From: Candidatus Binatia bacterium
GTDB taxonomy: Bacteria; Desulfobacterota; Binatia; UBA9968; JAJDTQ01
Assembly (NCBI GenBank): GCA_963666515.2
Contig: OY762897.2
Location: 32,001 to 96,000 of the forward strand
Reading direction: 5' to 3'
DNA length: 64,000 nt
Shown here: positions 50,410-59,434 of the stretch, in pieces
How positions within the stretch are numbered: the stretch's first letter is position 1
Layout of the letters: each line of letters opens with the position of its first letter
Notes under the pieces: generated by a model
The model's database searches: none
The model's input: only the letters and a program-made list of their open reading frames with translations
Told to the model about the DNA's origin: nothing
Position numbers and translations under genes: made by a program

Positions 50410-50548
50410 CCGCGCGATATGGTCGGACCCTTGGAGACAGCTCGTGGTGAACAGTTGCACGCGCGCAACCGCGCACGCATCGGTGGAACTTGCACCGCGA
50501 GAATTCACGGGTTAATTTCGGGGCAACTTGCGCCTCGGAGGACAGGAC

Positions 50549-51709
50549 ATGAGTACTGATTTGAAGATGTTTCTGTTGACCGCCGACAACCTGGTGCGGT
50601 GCCACTGGGACGGCCGCTCCAGACAGGTGGACGTGCTGGATCGGGTGCTGGAGGGCGAGGTGCTGCGGGAGGTGGCTCGAGACGCGGGGGATACGGACCG
50701 GCTGTATGCCGCGACGGGCACCGAGGTGCACGTGAGCGAAGACGGCGGCGAGAGTTGGAAGTGGATCCCGTCCGGCGGCCTGGATTACCGGGATATCTGG
50801 ACCATGCAGCCGCATCCCACCCGGCCCGGTGAGATCTACGTGGGCACGCTGCCCGCGGCGGTGTACGTGAGCGAAAACGGCGGGCGCTCGTTCCGTGAAT
50901 TGACGGCCTTCCGCAAGATCGAGGACTACGCCCGCTGGACTTTTCCGCCGCCGCCCCACACGCCGCACATCCGCTGCATCGTGCTGGACGGCCGGGTGCC
51001 GGACGAGATTGTCGTGGGGGTCGAGGAAGGCGGCGTGGTGCGGAGCCGCGACCGCGGCGAGACCTGGGAGGACATCAGCGGTCCGGGGAGCGGCGCGGCC
51101 TACCCGGAGGTCAACGACCCGTCGGGCGTGCTGCCCTACCAGATGGGCGCCCACGAGGACGGCCGCGTCTATCGCGACGTCCATTGGGTGATGCGGGATC
51201 CCGCGAGCCTCGATACGCTGTACGCCACCACCGGCATCGGCACCTACCGCACCGACGACGGCGGCGCATCCTGGCGCAAGCTGGAATACGACATGGGGCG
51301 ATCCTACGCCATTCCCTTCGACATCCACCCCAACGCCCCGGAGCGCATCTTTCTGGGCGCGGCCGAGAACGGTCCGACCTCCTGGAAGGGTTACCGGACG
51401 GTCCGCCCGGGACCGTACAACACCATCCGCTTCAGCCGCGACACCTCGGAGGAGCTGGGGGGCGCCAAGTCCGCCATCCTGCGCAGCGACGACCGCGGGG
51501 CGTCGTGGCGCAAGCTCGAAGGCGGTCTGCCCCTTGGCCACGCCCACATGACGAGCTGCGTGGCGGTGCACCCCGGCGATCCCGACACCGTGGTCATCGG
51601 CTACACCGACGGGTCGGTGTACGCCAGTCACGACGCCGGCGAGGCGTGGGAGAGGCTGGAACTGCCCGAGACGCGGCTGTACGGGGTGCGGCTGCTGTCC
51701 GATTCCTGA
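50549..51709 (+). CDS. BNR/Asp-box beta-propeller protein
   Basis: Multiple S.D.G.SW repeats and WTFPPPPHTPH, similar to 29408-30484. Confidence 0.85.
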   Translation: MSTDLKMFLLTADNLVRCHWDGRSRQVDVLDRVLEGEVLREVARDAGDTDRLYAATGTEVHVSEDGGESWKWIPSGGLDYRDIWTMQPHPTRPGEIYVGTLPAAVYVSENGGRSFRELTAFRKIEDYARWTFPPPPHTPHIRCIVLDGRVPDEIVVGVEEGGVVRSRDRGETWEDISGPGSGAAYPEVNDPSGVLPYQMGAHEDGRVYRDVHWVMRDPASLDTLYATTGIGTYRTDDGGASWRKLEYDMGRSYAIPFDIHPNAPERIFLGAAENGPTSWKGYRTVRPGPYNTIRFSRDTSEELGGAKSAILRSDDRGASWRKLEGGLPLGHAHMTSCVAVHPGDPDTVVIGYTDGSVYASHDAGEAWERLELPETRLYGVRLLSDS

Positions 51710-51721
51710 TCTACACTGAAC

Positions 51722-51749
51722 GAAGCGGACGGGGCTCCCCGTCCGCTTC
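51722..51749. terminator. Hairpin between convergent genes (putative bidirectional terminator)
   Basis: GAAGCGGACGGG-GCTC-CCCGTCCGCTTC. Confidence 0.7.
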
Positions 51750-51763
51750 TTGGCCAAGTATCT

Positions 51764-52609
51764 TCAGCCCGAACAGAGCGTGTGGGTCACGGTGATCCGC
51801 GCGGCCCTGTAGAACTCGTTCAGGAAGTCATCCGGATCGTCATAGCGGCGGTTCGGCACCAGCCGGGCGGGGAAGCTGAACACCAGGGGATCCACCGCGA
51901 AGGGGTAGGGGTCGAGGACGGCGCGGTGCTCGGCCACCGTGTCGATGTGGATACGCACGGGAGGCGCGCCTTTCCTGGTGGGCACGTCCACGTCGTTGAG
52001 CGTGTCGCTGGGGCCCAGCTTCCGCTTCTTGCTGTTCAGGGGATAACGGTTGCAGACGTACTGGGCGAGCTGGTCGAAGACCTCGATGTAGTCGTAGTTG
52101 GTCCAGATCTGCTCCTCGGAGGTGTAGGCGCCGAACTCTTGGGACTCCGCCAGTTCGGCGGCCAGCCGTTTCCTCAAATCCTCCTGGTGGTCGACGTAGG
52201 CGCGCACCCGCGGGTCGGCTGTGCGATCGGGCGGATGGGTGTACTTGCCGTAGCCGGCGTTCATGAGCGCCACCCCGTGCATGGCGATCAGCATGGCCGC
52301 GTAGGGGTCCCGCTGGAGGACGTTGTCCACGACGTTCTTGTAGAAGTCCAGCCTGAGCTGCCCGAGGAACTTGAAGCTGCCGTCGTGGTAGTCCATGGGG
52401 AAGTTTTCGTCGTTCAGCGTGGACGGTCTCATCTCCCATTCCCACCAGCCGTGATCGTGTTCCTGGGCCGCCAGCACCACCGACGCGTACGGCTCCGGGC
52501 GGTCGAACTCCTCGTTGCCCCAGTGGGCGGCGAAGAAGCCCGCCACACGTGAGTGATCGAACTGAAGCGCCAGCATCAACTGCGAATCATTGTAGGGATT
52601 GACCATCAT
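51764..52609 (-). CDS. DUF3891-like protein
   Basis: QFDH...AAHWGN, EHDHGW.EWE, DPYAA.LIAMH and DPYPF. Confidence 0.75.
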   Translation of the reverse strand: MMVNPYNDSQLMLALQFDHSRVAGFFAAHWGNEEFDRPEPYASVVLAAQEHDHGWWEWEMRPSTLNDENFPMDYHDGSFKFLGQLRLDFYKNVVDNVLQRDPYAAMLIAMHGVALMNAGYGKYTHPPDRTADPRVRAYVDHQEDLRKRLAAELAESQEFGAYTSEEQIWTNYDYIEVFDQLAQYVCNRYPLNSKKRKLGPSDTLNDVDVPTRKGAPPVRIHIDTVAEHRAVLDPYPFAVDPLVFSFPARLVPNRRYDDPDDFLNEFYRAARITVTHTLCSG

Positions 52610-52654
52610 GGCGAATCTTCTCCTGGGCTTGTCCGGGGGGCCTCCGTGGTCCGG

Positions 52655-53629
52655 CTACTTCTTCTTGAGCGCGTCCAGCATCGGCTGGCGGTACTTGCTG
52701 TAGAGGTCCACGAACACCTTCATGTCGCCGGCCGCCGCCGCGGCGTTCCCCGGCACCAGCGGGATACCGAAAGAGGCCGCCCAATCCTTGTACGGCTTGC
52801 TCTCCATGGTCTTCAACAGCAGGCTCTCCCACTTCTTGTGGAGGTCCTTGGGCAGCCCCGGAGGTCCGACCATGGCGCGAAACACCTTGACGATCAGGTT
52901 CTTGTAGCCCAGCTCGATGGCCGTGGGCGTATCCGGCGCGTTCTTGGCGCGGGATTCGCCGAGGTTGACGATGGGCACGATTTCGCCCGACCGGATGTAC
53001 GGCAGCGTGGAGGGGTGGTCGATGGGCTGCGTGAACACGTCGAAGTCGCCCCTAAGCAGGCCCGGCAGCGTCTCGCCGGTGCCGCCGTAGCCCGCCACCA
53101 CGTCGAACGGGATCTTCAGCTCGTTGGCGGCGAGAAACGCGTGGACCCAGCGCGCGATGCCGATGCCCTCCACCCCCCAGGTCACCCGCTTGGCCTTCTG
53201 CAGGTCCTCGACGGTGCGGTAGGGCGATTCCCGGCGGACCAGCAACGCCTCCGCCTCCTGCGAGCTGACCACCGCAAGCCAGGTGAACTTGTCGATGTCG
53301 TAGCCGACGTTGCTGCGGATCATCTGGGTTCCCAGCATCCCGTCGGCGTAGATGTGTCCGATGGTGTAGCCGTCGGGCCTGGCGCGGTACATGGCGACGG
53401 TGCCGGTGATGCCGCCGGCGCCGACGACGTTCTTGACGACGATGTCGACGTTCTTCGGAATGAAGGGTTTCATGTAGCGGCCCAGGGCCCTGGCGATGGC
53501 GTCGAACCCGCCTCCGGGCGAAGCGTGCACGAGAATCGTGACGGTCCGGTTGGGGAAATCGGCGTGAGCGGTGTTGGCGAATACGACGAGGCCGAAGGCG
53601 GCGATAACGGCGGCGAAGGTCCTTTTCAT
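52655..53629 (-). CDS. Bug/TctC substrate-binding protein
   Basis: Signal peptide, SPGGGFD, KNVVGAGG and PDGYTIG. Confidence 0.9.
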   Translation of the reverse strand: MKRTFAAVIAAFGLVVFANTAHADFPNRTVTILVHASPGGGFDAIARALGRYMKPFIPKNVDIVVKNVVGAGGITGTVAMYRARPDGYTIGHIYADGMLGTQMIRSNVGYDIDKFTWLAVVSSQEAEALLVRRESPYRTVEDLQKAKRVTWGVEGIGIARWVHAFLAANELKIPFDVVAGYGGTGETLPGLLRGDFDVFTQPIDHPSTLPYIRSGEIVPIVNLGESRAKNAPDTPTAIELGYKNLIVKVFRAMVGPPGLPKDLHKKWESLLLKTMESKPYKDWAASFGIPLVPGNAAAAAGDMKVFVDLYSKYRQPMLDALKKK

Positions 53630-53748
53630 GTCACCCTCCTTGATTGCGGTTGTGCGGTTGAAGCGAAACGGGCCGCATTATAGGGTCGGGCCGAAGGCGG
53701 TGTCAACGATGGCGTTTCCAGTTCCGTGCCCGGAAAGGATGGCGCAAC

Positions 53749-55311
53749 ATGAACATGACCAGACGAAATTTCATCCAGTCCCTCGGCGTGGTCGCCGGGG
53801 TGGAGGCCGCTCACCGGACCATGCAGGCGCTGGGGCTGTCGGGGGCGGGCGAGGGCCACGCCGCTTCCCTGGAGTTGCCGCGCGGCTCGGGACAGGGAAA
53901 GAGCGTCGTCATTCTCGGAGCCGGCATCTCCGGCATGACCGCCGCTTACGAGCTGTCGAAGGCCGGATACCGCTGCACGATCCTGGAGGCCACGGGCCGC
54001 GCCGGCGGGCGCAACCTCACGGTGCGCGGCGGCGACGTGATCGAGGAGACCGGCGGCCGGCAACGGGTGCACTTCGACCGCGGAGACCACCTCTACGCCA
54101 ATATGGGGCCGGCCCGCATTCCCTATCACCACCGGGCGGTCCTCGGTTACTGCAAGGAGTTCGGCGTCGATCTGGAGGTCTTCACCAACGACAACCGTGC
54201 GGCTCTGTTCCACAACCGGGAACGCTTCGGCGGCAAGCCCGTGGCGGCTCGCCAAGTCATCACCGACACCCGCGGCTACGTCGCCGAGCTTCTCGCCAAG
54301 GCAGTGAACGCCGACGTCCTGGACAGCGAACTGACGGGCGAGGACAAGGAACGCATCCTGGAAATGCTGGTCCGGTACGGCGGCCTGGATCCGGACCGGC
54401 TCTACAAGGGCTCGAACCGCGGCGGCTATCGCGGCACGCAACTCCATGCCGGCCTCAAGGCCGGGGAGGTGAACTCCCCGCTGGACCTGAGCGAGCTGCT
54501 CAAGGCGGACTTCTGGCAGTACAAGCTCCACTTCAGCCAGTTCCTCAACCAGAACCCAACGCTGTTCCAGCCCGTCGGCGGCATGGACGCCATCGCCAGG
54601 GCCTTCGAGCAGCGCGTCGGGCCGCTCGTTCGGTATCGAAGCGTGGTCAAGGAACTTCGGAAGACCGCCGGGGGCGTTCGCGTCGTCTACAGGCAGGCGG
54701 GACGGGACGCCAACGACGCCGTCGACGCGGATTTCGCCATCTGCACCATACCCGCTCCCGTGCTCAAGGACATTCCCAATGACCTGTCCCCGGAGACCCG
54801 CGCGACCATCGAGTCGATCGAGTTCGTGTCCGCGGTCAAGGTCGCCTTCCAGGCCCGCCGCCGCTTCTGGGAGGAGGACCACGCCATCTACGGCGGCATC
54901 TCGTGGACCGACCAGGACATCACGCAGATCTGGTATCCGCCCTACGGCTATCACCGGGACAAGGGGATCATCGTCGGCGCCTACATATGGGACGAGGAGC
55001 CGGGACTGCGCTTCGGCGCCATGACCCCGGCGGAGCGGCTGCGGGCCGCCGTCGCCGAGGGCGAGCGCATCCATCCGGAGTATGGCGCGGAAATGGAGTC
55101 CGGGATCAGTCTGGCCTGGGCCCAGCGGCCCTTCCAGAAAGGCGGCTGGCCGAAAAGCCGTCACAAGTCGCCGGAAGCGCTGCAAAAGCCCGACGGACCC
55201 ATCCACTTCGCCGGCGATCAGGTGACCGGCCTGCCCGGATGGCAGGAGGGCGCCGTGCTGGGAGCCTACATGGCGGTCAAGGCCATCAACGCGCGGGTTA
55301 CGGCAAAGTAG
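53749..55311 (+). CDS. Tat-exported flavin amine oxidase (L-amino-acid oxidase-like)
   Basis: MTRRNFI Tat motif, GAGISG, RAGGR, MGPARIP and FAGD...WQEGA. Confidence 0.9.
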   Translation: MNMTRRNFIQSLGVVAGVEAAHRTMQALGLSGAGEGHAASLELPRGSGQGKSVVILGAGISGMTAAYELSKAGYRCTILEATGRAGGRNLTVRGGDVIEETGGRQRVHFDRGDHLYANMGPARIPYHHRAVLGYCKEFGVDLEVFTNDNRAALFHNRERFGGKPVAARQVITDTRGYVAELLAKAVNADVLDSELTGEDKERILEMLVRYGGLDPDRLYKGSNRGGYRGTQLHAGLKAGEVNSPLDLSELLKADFWQYKLHFSQFLNQNPTLFQPVGGMDAIARAFEQRVGPLVRYRSVVKELRKTAGGVRVVYRQAGRDANDAVDADFAICTIPAPVLKDIPNDLSPETRATIESIEFVSAVKVAFQARRRFWEEDHAIYGGISWTDQDITQIWYPPYGYHRDKGIIVGAYIWDEEPGLRFGAMTPAERLRAAVAEGERIHPEYGAEMESGISLAWAQRPFQKGGWPKSRHKSPEALQKPDGPIHFAGDQVTGLPGWQEGAVLGAYMAVKAINARVTAK

Positions 55312-55481
55312 AAGGGGACTCCGGATGCAGTGGGCAACGAGTTTCTCCGGGCAGCGTCAAAAATCGCACGTGACACCGTTGACCCGGCCGGTTTCGATGC
55401 TTACCTTTTCTTTCGACAGGGAGCTCCACGGAATACGCGAAAGCATTGCAGCAAAGGGTTTCAGGGAAGGAGGAATGGAAA

Positions 55482-55940
55482 ATGTTGGGACGTGAAGTGA
55501 CAAGATGGCACCCGTTCGTATTCGGCGGACACCGCGACCTGGATGCCGTGCTCGACCGGTTCCTGGGGCGCCGCGAGCCGGACGCCGGCTGGACGCCTCC
55601 GATGGACGCGTACGCCAGGGACGGCCTCTATGTCTTCCGCGTCGATCTGCCGGGAGTGGACCCCAAGGACCTGGACATCCAGGTGGAAGGACGAGTCCTG
55701 ACCATCAGGGGCGAGCGGAAGGCCGAGGAGAAGGACCACTACCACAAGGAGACCTTCCACGGCAGGTTCGAGCGCGCGGTGCGGCTGCCCAACGGCATCG
55801 ACGCCGACAAGGTCGAGGCCCGGTACAGCAACGGCGTGATCGAGGTTTCGGTGCCGCTGCCCGCCAAGGCAGTGGGGCGCAAGGTGCCCATCCAGAGCGA
55901 AGGCGGCGAGGCGCCGTCCATCGAGCACAACGCCGGGTGA
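55482..55940 (+). CDS. Hsp20/alpha-crystallin small heat-shock protein
   Basis: DLPGV, LTIRGER, GRFERAVRLP and ARYSNGVIEV. AGGAGG RBS. Confidence 0.92.
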   Translation: MLGREVTRWHPFVFGGHRDLDAVLDRFLGRREPDAGWTPPMDAYARDGLYVFRVDLPGVDPKDLDIQVEGRVLTIRGERKAEEKDHYHKETFHGRFERAVRLPNGIDADKVEARYSNGVIEVSVPLPAKAVGRKVPIQSEGGEAPSIEHNAG

Positions 55941-55976
55941 GCCGCGGACGAGCCGGCTGAACCGGCGCAGACACGG

Positions 55977-56010
55977 CAAAGGGGTCTCTCGAAAGAGAGG
56001 CCCCTTTTTG
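55977..56010 (+). terminator. Rho-independent terminator
   Basis: AAAGGGGTCTCTC-GAAA-GAGAGGCCCCTTTTTG. Confidence 0.85.
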
Positions 56011-56035
56011 CTTTCTCACACTTCCACGATGGGCT

Positions 56036-56098
56036 GGCCGATGATCCACCGGCTGAGGCCGATGATCCACCGGCTGAGGCCGATGATCCACCGGCTGA
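56036..56098. repeat. Perfect 3 x 21-bp tandem repeat
   Basis: GGCCGATGATCCACCGGCTGA at 56036, 56057 and 56078. Confidence 0.95.
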
Positions 56099-56179
56099 AG
56101 ACGGTGTAGCCGACCGGCTCATTGACAAACGAGGTCAAAAGACAATACAGGGAAACCAAATCAACATGGAGGTGGAACC

Positions 56180-57226
56180 ATGGGTAGCGCGACTTGTGTC
56201 GATACGGATGGGCACGTCCTCGAACGGCAGGCGGATATCCGCAAGTACCTGGAGGCGCCTTGGAACGAGCGCCCGACGCCGCTGTGGCCGGGAGACCAGC
56301 CTTGGGACCCGAACCTGTTCAACGGCTTCAAGATGTCCGTGAACTGGGAGGGCCTGTCGCCGGAGGAGCAGGTGCGGCGCTGGCACACGCTCATGGACAA
56401 GCAGGACATGGAGGTGGCCATCTGCTTCCCCACGGGCTCGGGCAACATCGCCAAGAACCAGGAAGTGCCGTACCAGATCGCGGTAACCAAGGCCGCCAAC
56501 ACCCACTTCGCCAAGGAGTACAACGCGCTGTCGAACCGGCTGAGCTGCGTCGGGGTGCTGCCCATGAGGGCGCCGGAAGAGGCCGCCAAGGAACTCCGCC
56601 GCTCGGTCAACGAGCTCGGCCTCAAGGGCTTCGAGATCCTGCCCACGGGGCTGCCCATCGCTCTCGGCGAGACCTACTACGATCCCATCTACAAGGCGGC
56701 TGAGGAAGAAGGCGTGGTGCTGGGCGTCCACGGCACCCGCAACACCTCACGCGAGCTGGGGGCCTCCATCCTCAGCACTTTCGCCGAGGTCCACTCCTAC
56801 GCCTTCACCGCCGGCATCCTGCTGCAGTTCACCAGCATGGTCTGCCAGGGCATCACCGAGCGGTTCCCGAAGCTCAAGATCGCCTTCCTGGAGATCGGCG
56901 CCACGTGGCTTCCCTACTACATGGACCGGCTTGACGAGCACTGGGAGAAGCGCGGCGCCCACGAGATGCCGCTGCTCAAGCAGAAGCCCAGCGACGTGGT
57001 GCGCGAGTCCAACATGTACTTCAGCCTGGAGTCCGGCGAGTCCCAGCTTGCCGCCACCGTGGACTACATGGGCAGCGATCACTTCGTCTACGCCTCCGAC
57101 ATCCCGCACTGGGACAACGAGTTCCCCGAGAACCTGCACCATCTCAGGAACCACCCGGACCTGTCGGACGAAGTAAAGGAGAAGATCCTCCGCAAGAACG
57201 CCCAGCGGCTGTTCGATCTCAACTGA
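56180..57226 (+). CDS. Amidohydrolase_2 family protein
   Basis: VDTDGHVLE, GVHG, FLEIGATW and ASDIPHWD. Confidence 0.9.
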   Translation: MGSATCVDTDGHVLERQADIRKYLEAPWNERPTPLWPGDQPWDPNLFNGFKMSVNWEGLSPEEQVRRWHTLMDKQDMEVAICFPTGSGNIAKNQEVPYQIAVTKAANTHFAKEYNALSNRLSCVGVLPMRAPEEAAKELRRSVNELGLKGFEILPTGLPIALGETYYDPIYKAAEEEGVVLGVHGTRNTSRELGASILSTFAEVHSYAFTAGILLQFTSMVCQGITERFPKLKIAFLEIGATWLPYYMDRLDEHWEKRGAHEMPLLKQKPSDVVRESNMYFSLESGESQLAATVDYMGSDHFVYASDIPHWDNEFPENLHHLRNHPDLSDEVKEKILRKNAQRLFDLN

Positions 57227-57252
57227 CGCGGGGTGTGTTGGAAAGACGGCGT

Positions 57253-57280
57253 GCAGGGGCGACCGGCCGGTCGCCCCTGC
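57253..57280. repeat. Single REP-like palindrome
   Basis: GCAGGGGCGACC-GGCC-GGTCGCCCCTGC, with the same core as the doublets. Confidence 0.75.
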
Positions 57281-57330
57281 ATCCGCTCGGAATGAACTCG
57301 TACCAGCTTCTGGAGGCACAAGGATCTCGC

Positions 57331-57600
57331 ATGCCGGCCATTTCCATGTTTTACGGTATCATCGTCTACATGTACTTCCTCGACAACCGGGGACACAGCA
57401 GGCCGCATGTGCACGCCAAGTATCAGGGTCATGAAGCGGTGGTTGCGATACCGGACGGGGAGGTCCTGGAAGGCGAGATCCCGAATCCCAAGATGAAGCT
57501 GTTGCAGGCATGGATCGAACTCCATAAGGAAGAGCTGGAGGCGAACTGGGAACTTGCCGCGTCGGGACAGCAACCCTACAAGATCGACCCCTTGAGGTGA
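57331..57600 (+). CDS. DUF4160 protein (putative TA component)
   Basis: MPAISMFYGIIVYMY...H..PHVHAKY...WIELHKEEL.ANW...IDPL. Confidence 0.88.
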   Translation: MPAISMFYGIIVYMYFLDNRGHSRPHVHAKYQGHEAVVAIPDGEVLEGEIPNPKMKLLQAWIELHKEELEANWELAASGQQPYKIDPLR

Positions 57601-57860
57601 TAATTGTGAACCCCAGAGTGTCGGAAGTCACGGTATTGGGCAGGAAGAGACTGAAGCTCCGGTTCGACAACGGCGAGCAGGGCATCTACGACTGTTCGGG
57701 CTTGTTGGACTTCGGGGTCTTTCAGGAGCTACAGGACGATAAGTACTTCCAACAGGTAAGGGTTCTGGACGGGACCGTTGTCTGGCCCCACGAACAGGAC
57801 ATATGCCCGGACACGCTCTACATGGACTCGACAATGATCGTGGGCACCCATTCCCGATGA
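57597..57860 (+). CDS. DUF2442 protein (putative TA partner)
   Basis: LRFDNGE...GVF..L.D...F..V....GTVVWP...DICPDTLY; GTGA overlap with the upstream gene. Confidence 0.88.
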   Translation: MIIVNPRVSEVTVLGRKRLKLRFDNGEQGIYDCSGLLDFGVFQELQDDKYFQQVRVLDGTVVWPHEQDICPDTLYMDSTMIVGTHSR

Positions 57861-57876
57861 GGATAGCCAATGCTCG

Positions 57877-58389
57877 TCAACTTTGAACGAGTTGAAGGTT
57901 CATTAGCCGGTAGGTCATGGCCTGCGTACTTACCTCAAATTTCCTTGCCAGGATTTCTAGTCCATCGTCCTCGGTCAAATCGAAGGGCTGTTCCTCAAAA
58001 GCCTTGCGGACCCAGTCGGCAGGCATGAGTAAGGCCGCAGCGAAGATGTTGGCGTCGATTTCTTCCTGCTTCGTGCCTGATCCAGACTCAAGGTCGCGGA
58101 AATTTACGCGATACCCCTTGTCTACATAAGTGTCCCCGTCGTGCAGGAGAAAATGACCGATTTCGTGTGCGATACTGAAACGTCGCCGGTTCGTATGGTG
58201 ACCCCAGTTGACACCAATGGTAGCTCCTTCGGCGTTACGGACAAGCACACCCGAACAATCCTCGCCAAGATCTGCCAATCTTATCTGTATTCCCAGGTGG
58301 TCCGCGATTCGGTCCACGGCAACCGGGGCGCTACGTACGCCCACCTCTGCGAGCAACTCCGCAGCTCTGCTTTCGGGTGTCTTCGACAT
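57877..58389 (-). CDS. ImmA/IrrE-family Zn metallopeptidase
   Basis: RRRFSIAHEIGHFLLH (HExxH), EIDANIFAAALLMP and FEVS..AM.YRL. Confidence 0.92.
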   Translation of the reverse strand: MSKTPESRAAELLAEVGVRSAPVAVDRIADHLGIQIRLADLGEDCSGVLVRNAEGATIGVNWGHHTNRRRFSIAHEIGHFLLHDGDTYVDKGYRVNFRDLESGSGTKQEEIDANIFAAALLMPADWVRKAFEEQPFDLTEDDGLEILARKFEVSTQAMTYRLMNLQLVQS

Positions 58390-58395
58390 TGCCGC

Positions 58396-58752
58396 TCACC
58401 TCTTTAGGTTTTCGGCGATGAACGAGGCGACTTGGTTGTGGCTGTCGCCTGCCACCTTCTTTTGTCGACTCGAAATTTTGAGTTTTTTTGCACGTGTTTC
58501 GCGCAGTGAGGACTCCTCCCGCCCTGGCAAGAGTGAGCGCAAGTCAATCCCGAGTGCATCGGCTAGCAGCCAGAGTGTGTGAAGGGTTGGCCGTTGGTTT
58601 CCACTTTCGATGTTGGCGACAGAGCCCCTGGCGAGGTTACAGCGATTGGCAAGCTGGGTCTGAGAAAGCTTTGCCTCACGTCGCCGCCGTCCTAAATTTC
58701 TTCCTACGAGTTCATAGAGCCACTCGGAATCGGGTACCCGTCGCATTTTCAT
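58396..58752 (-). CDS. Xre-family HTH repressor
   Basis: LSQTQLANRCNLARGSVANIESGNQRPTL; the start (58746-58755) is uncertain. Confidence 0.85.
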   Translation of the reverse strand: MKMRRVPDSEWLYELVGRNLGRRRREAKLSQTQLANRCNLARGSVANIESGNQRPTLHTLWLLADALGIDLRSLLPGREESSLRETRAKKLKISSRQKKVAGDSHNQVASFIAENLKR

Positions 58753-58853
58753 CACAACTATACGAGATTTCCTGTGGTGTCAACCAATAAAAAGCGGGCG
58801 GAGAGCGTCCCTGTAGTGTGTGTTAATACAAAGCAAAATCTGCCTTTCATTAG

Positions 58854-58882
58854 TTGACACTCGCTGTCAAGGACACTAGACT
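58854..58882 (+). promoter_or_regulatory. Sigma-70 promoter with an overlapping palindromic operator
   Basis: TTGACA(58854)-17 nt-TAGACT(58877); TTGACA-N5-TGTCAA inverted repeat at 58854-58870. Confidence 0.7.
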
Positions 58883-59025
58883 ACCAGAAAGACGAAACGG
58901 CCGAGGTGACGCTCGACCGTTTCGATAGACCCCGGGAGGGTCTCGCACAAGGATTGAGTAGCTTTTTCTTGTAGCGCACACCCCTTGTCCCGTCAAGGCC
59001 CTCCCTCAACCAAATGGAGGGCTCC

Positions 59026-59376
59026 ATGGCCGATATATCTCATCCACCTCCTGTAGAACCGGATCAGAAGCCCGGTCTGTTCGGGAGACTCAGATCGCGC
59101 AAAACAGTCGAGGACAAGATCAAACTCCGTCGAAGTAAAGTACGGGTGGTTGTCACCTATGGTGCGGCTGCATTTCTCTTCGCCGGCGGAGCATTGTTCA
59201 TCGGCTATCTTGTTTTGTACCCGGCGGAGAAAGAAGTGGTGACGCTAACCCTGGCGAAGGAAATATTCTTCGTTCTCGTCCCTGTCGCCACGTCCATCGT
59301 CACCTTCTGGTTCGCTGGCCAAAGGGGGGAAGACACAGGTACGCAACCACGTCCGGATGACGGGAGCCAGGGCTAA
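59026..59376 (+). CDS. Small two-TM membrane protein, function unknown
   Basis: GGAGG RBS, basic N-terminus and two hydrophobic segments (VVVTYGAAAFLFAGGALFIGYLVLY; IFFVLVPVATSIVTFWFAG). Confidence 0.7.
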   Translation: MADISHPPPVEPDQKPGLFGRLRSRKTVEDKIKLRRSKVRVVVTYGAAAFLFAGGALFIGYLVLYPAEKEVVTLTLAKEIFFVLVPVATSIVTFWFAGQRGEDTGTQPRPDDGSQG

Positions 59377-59434
59377 ACCTGTCACGACCTGTGCCCAGCA
59401 CGAGCAGCTCCACTCGCCGTCGGGGCCCCGCCGG

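Noticed and set aside
56036-56098. Possible CRISPR array
   Set aside because: The repeats are contiguous with no spacers, and there are no cas genes.
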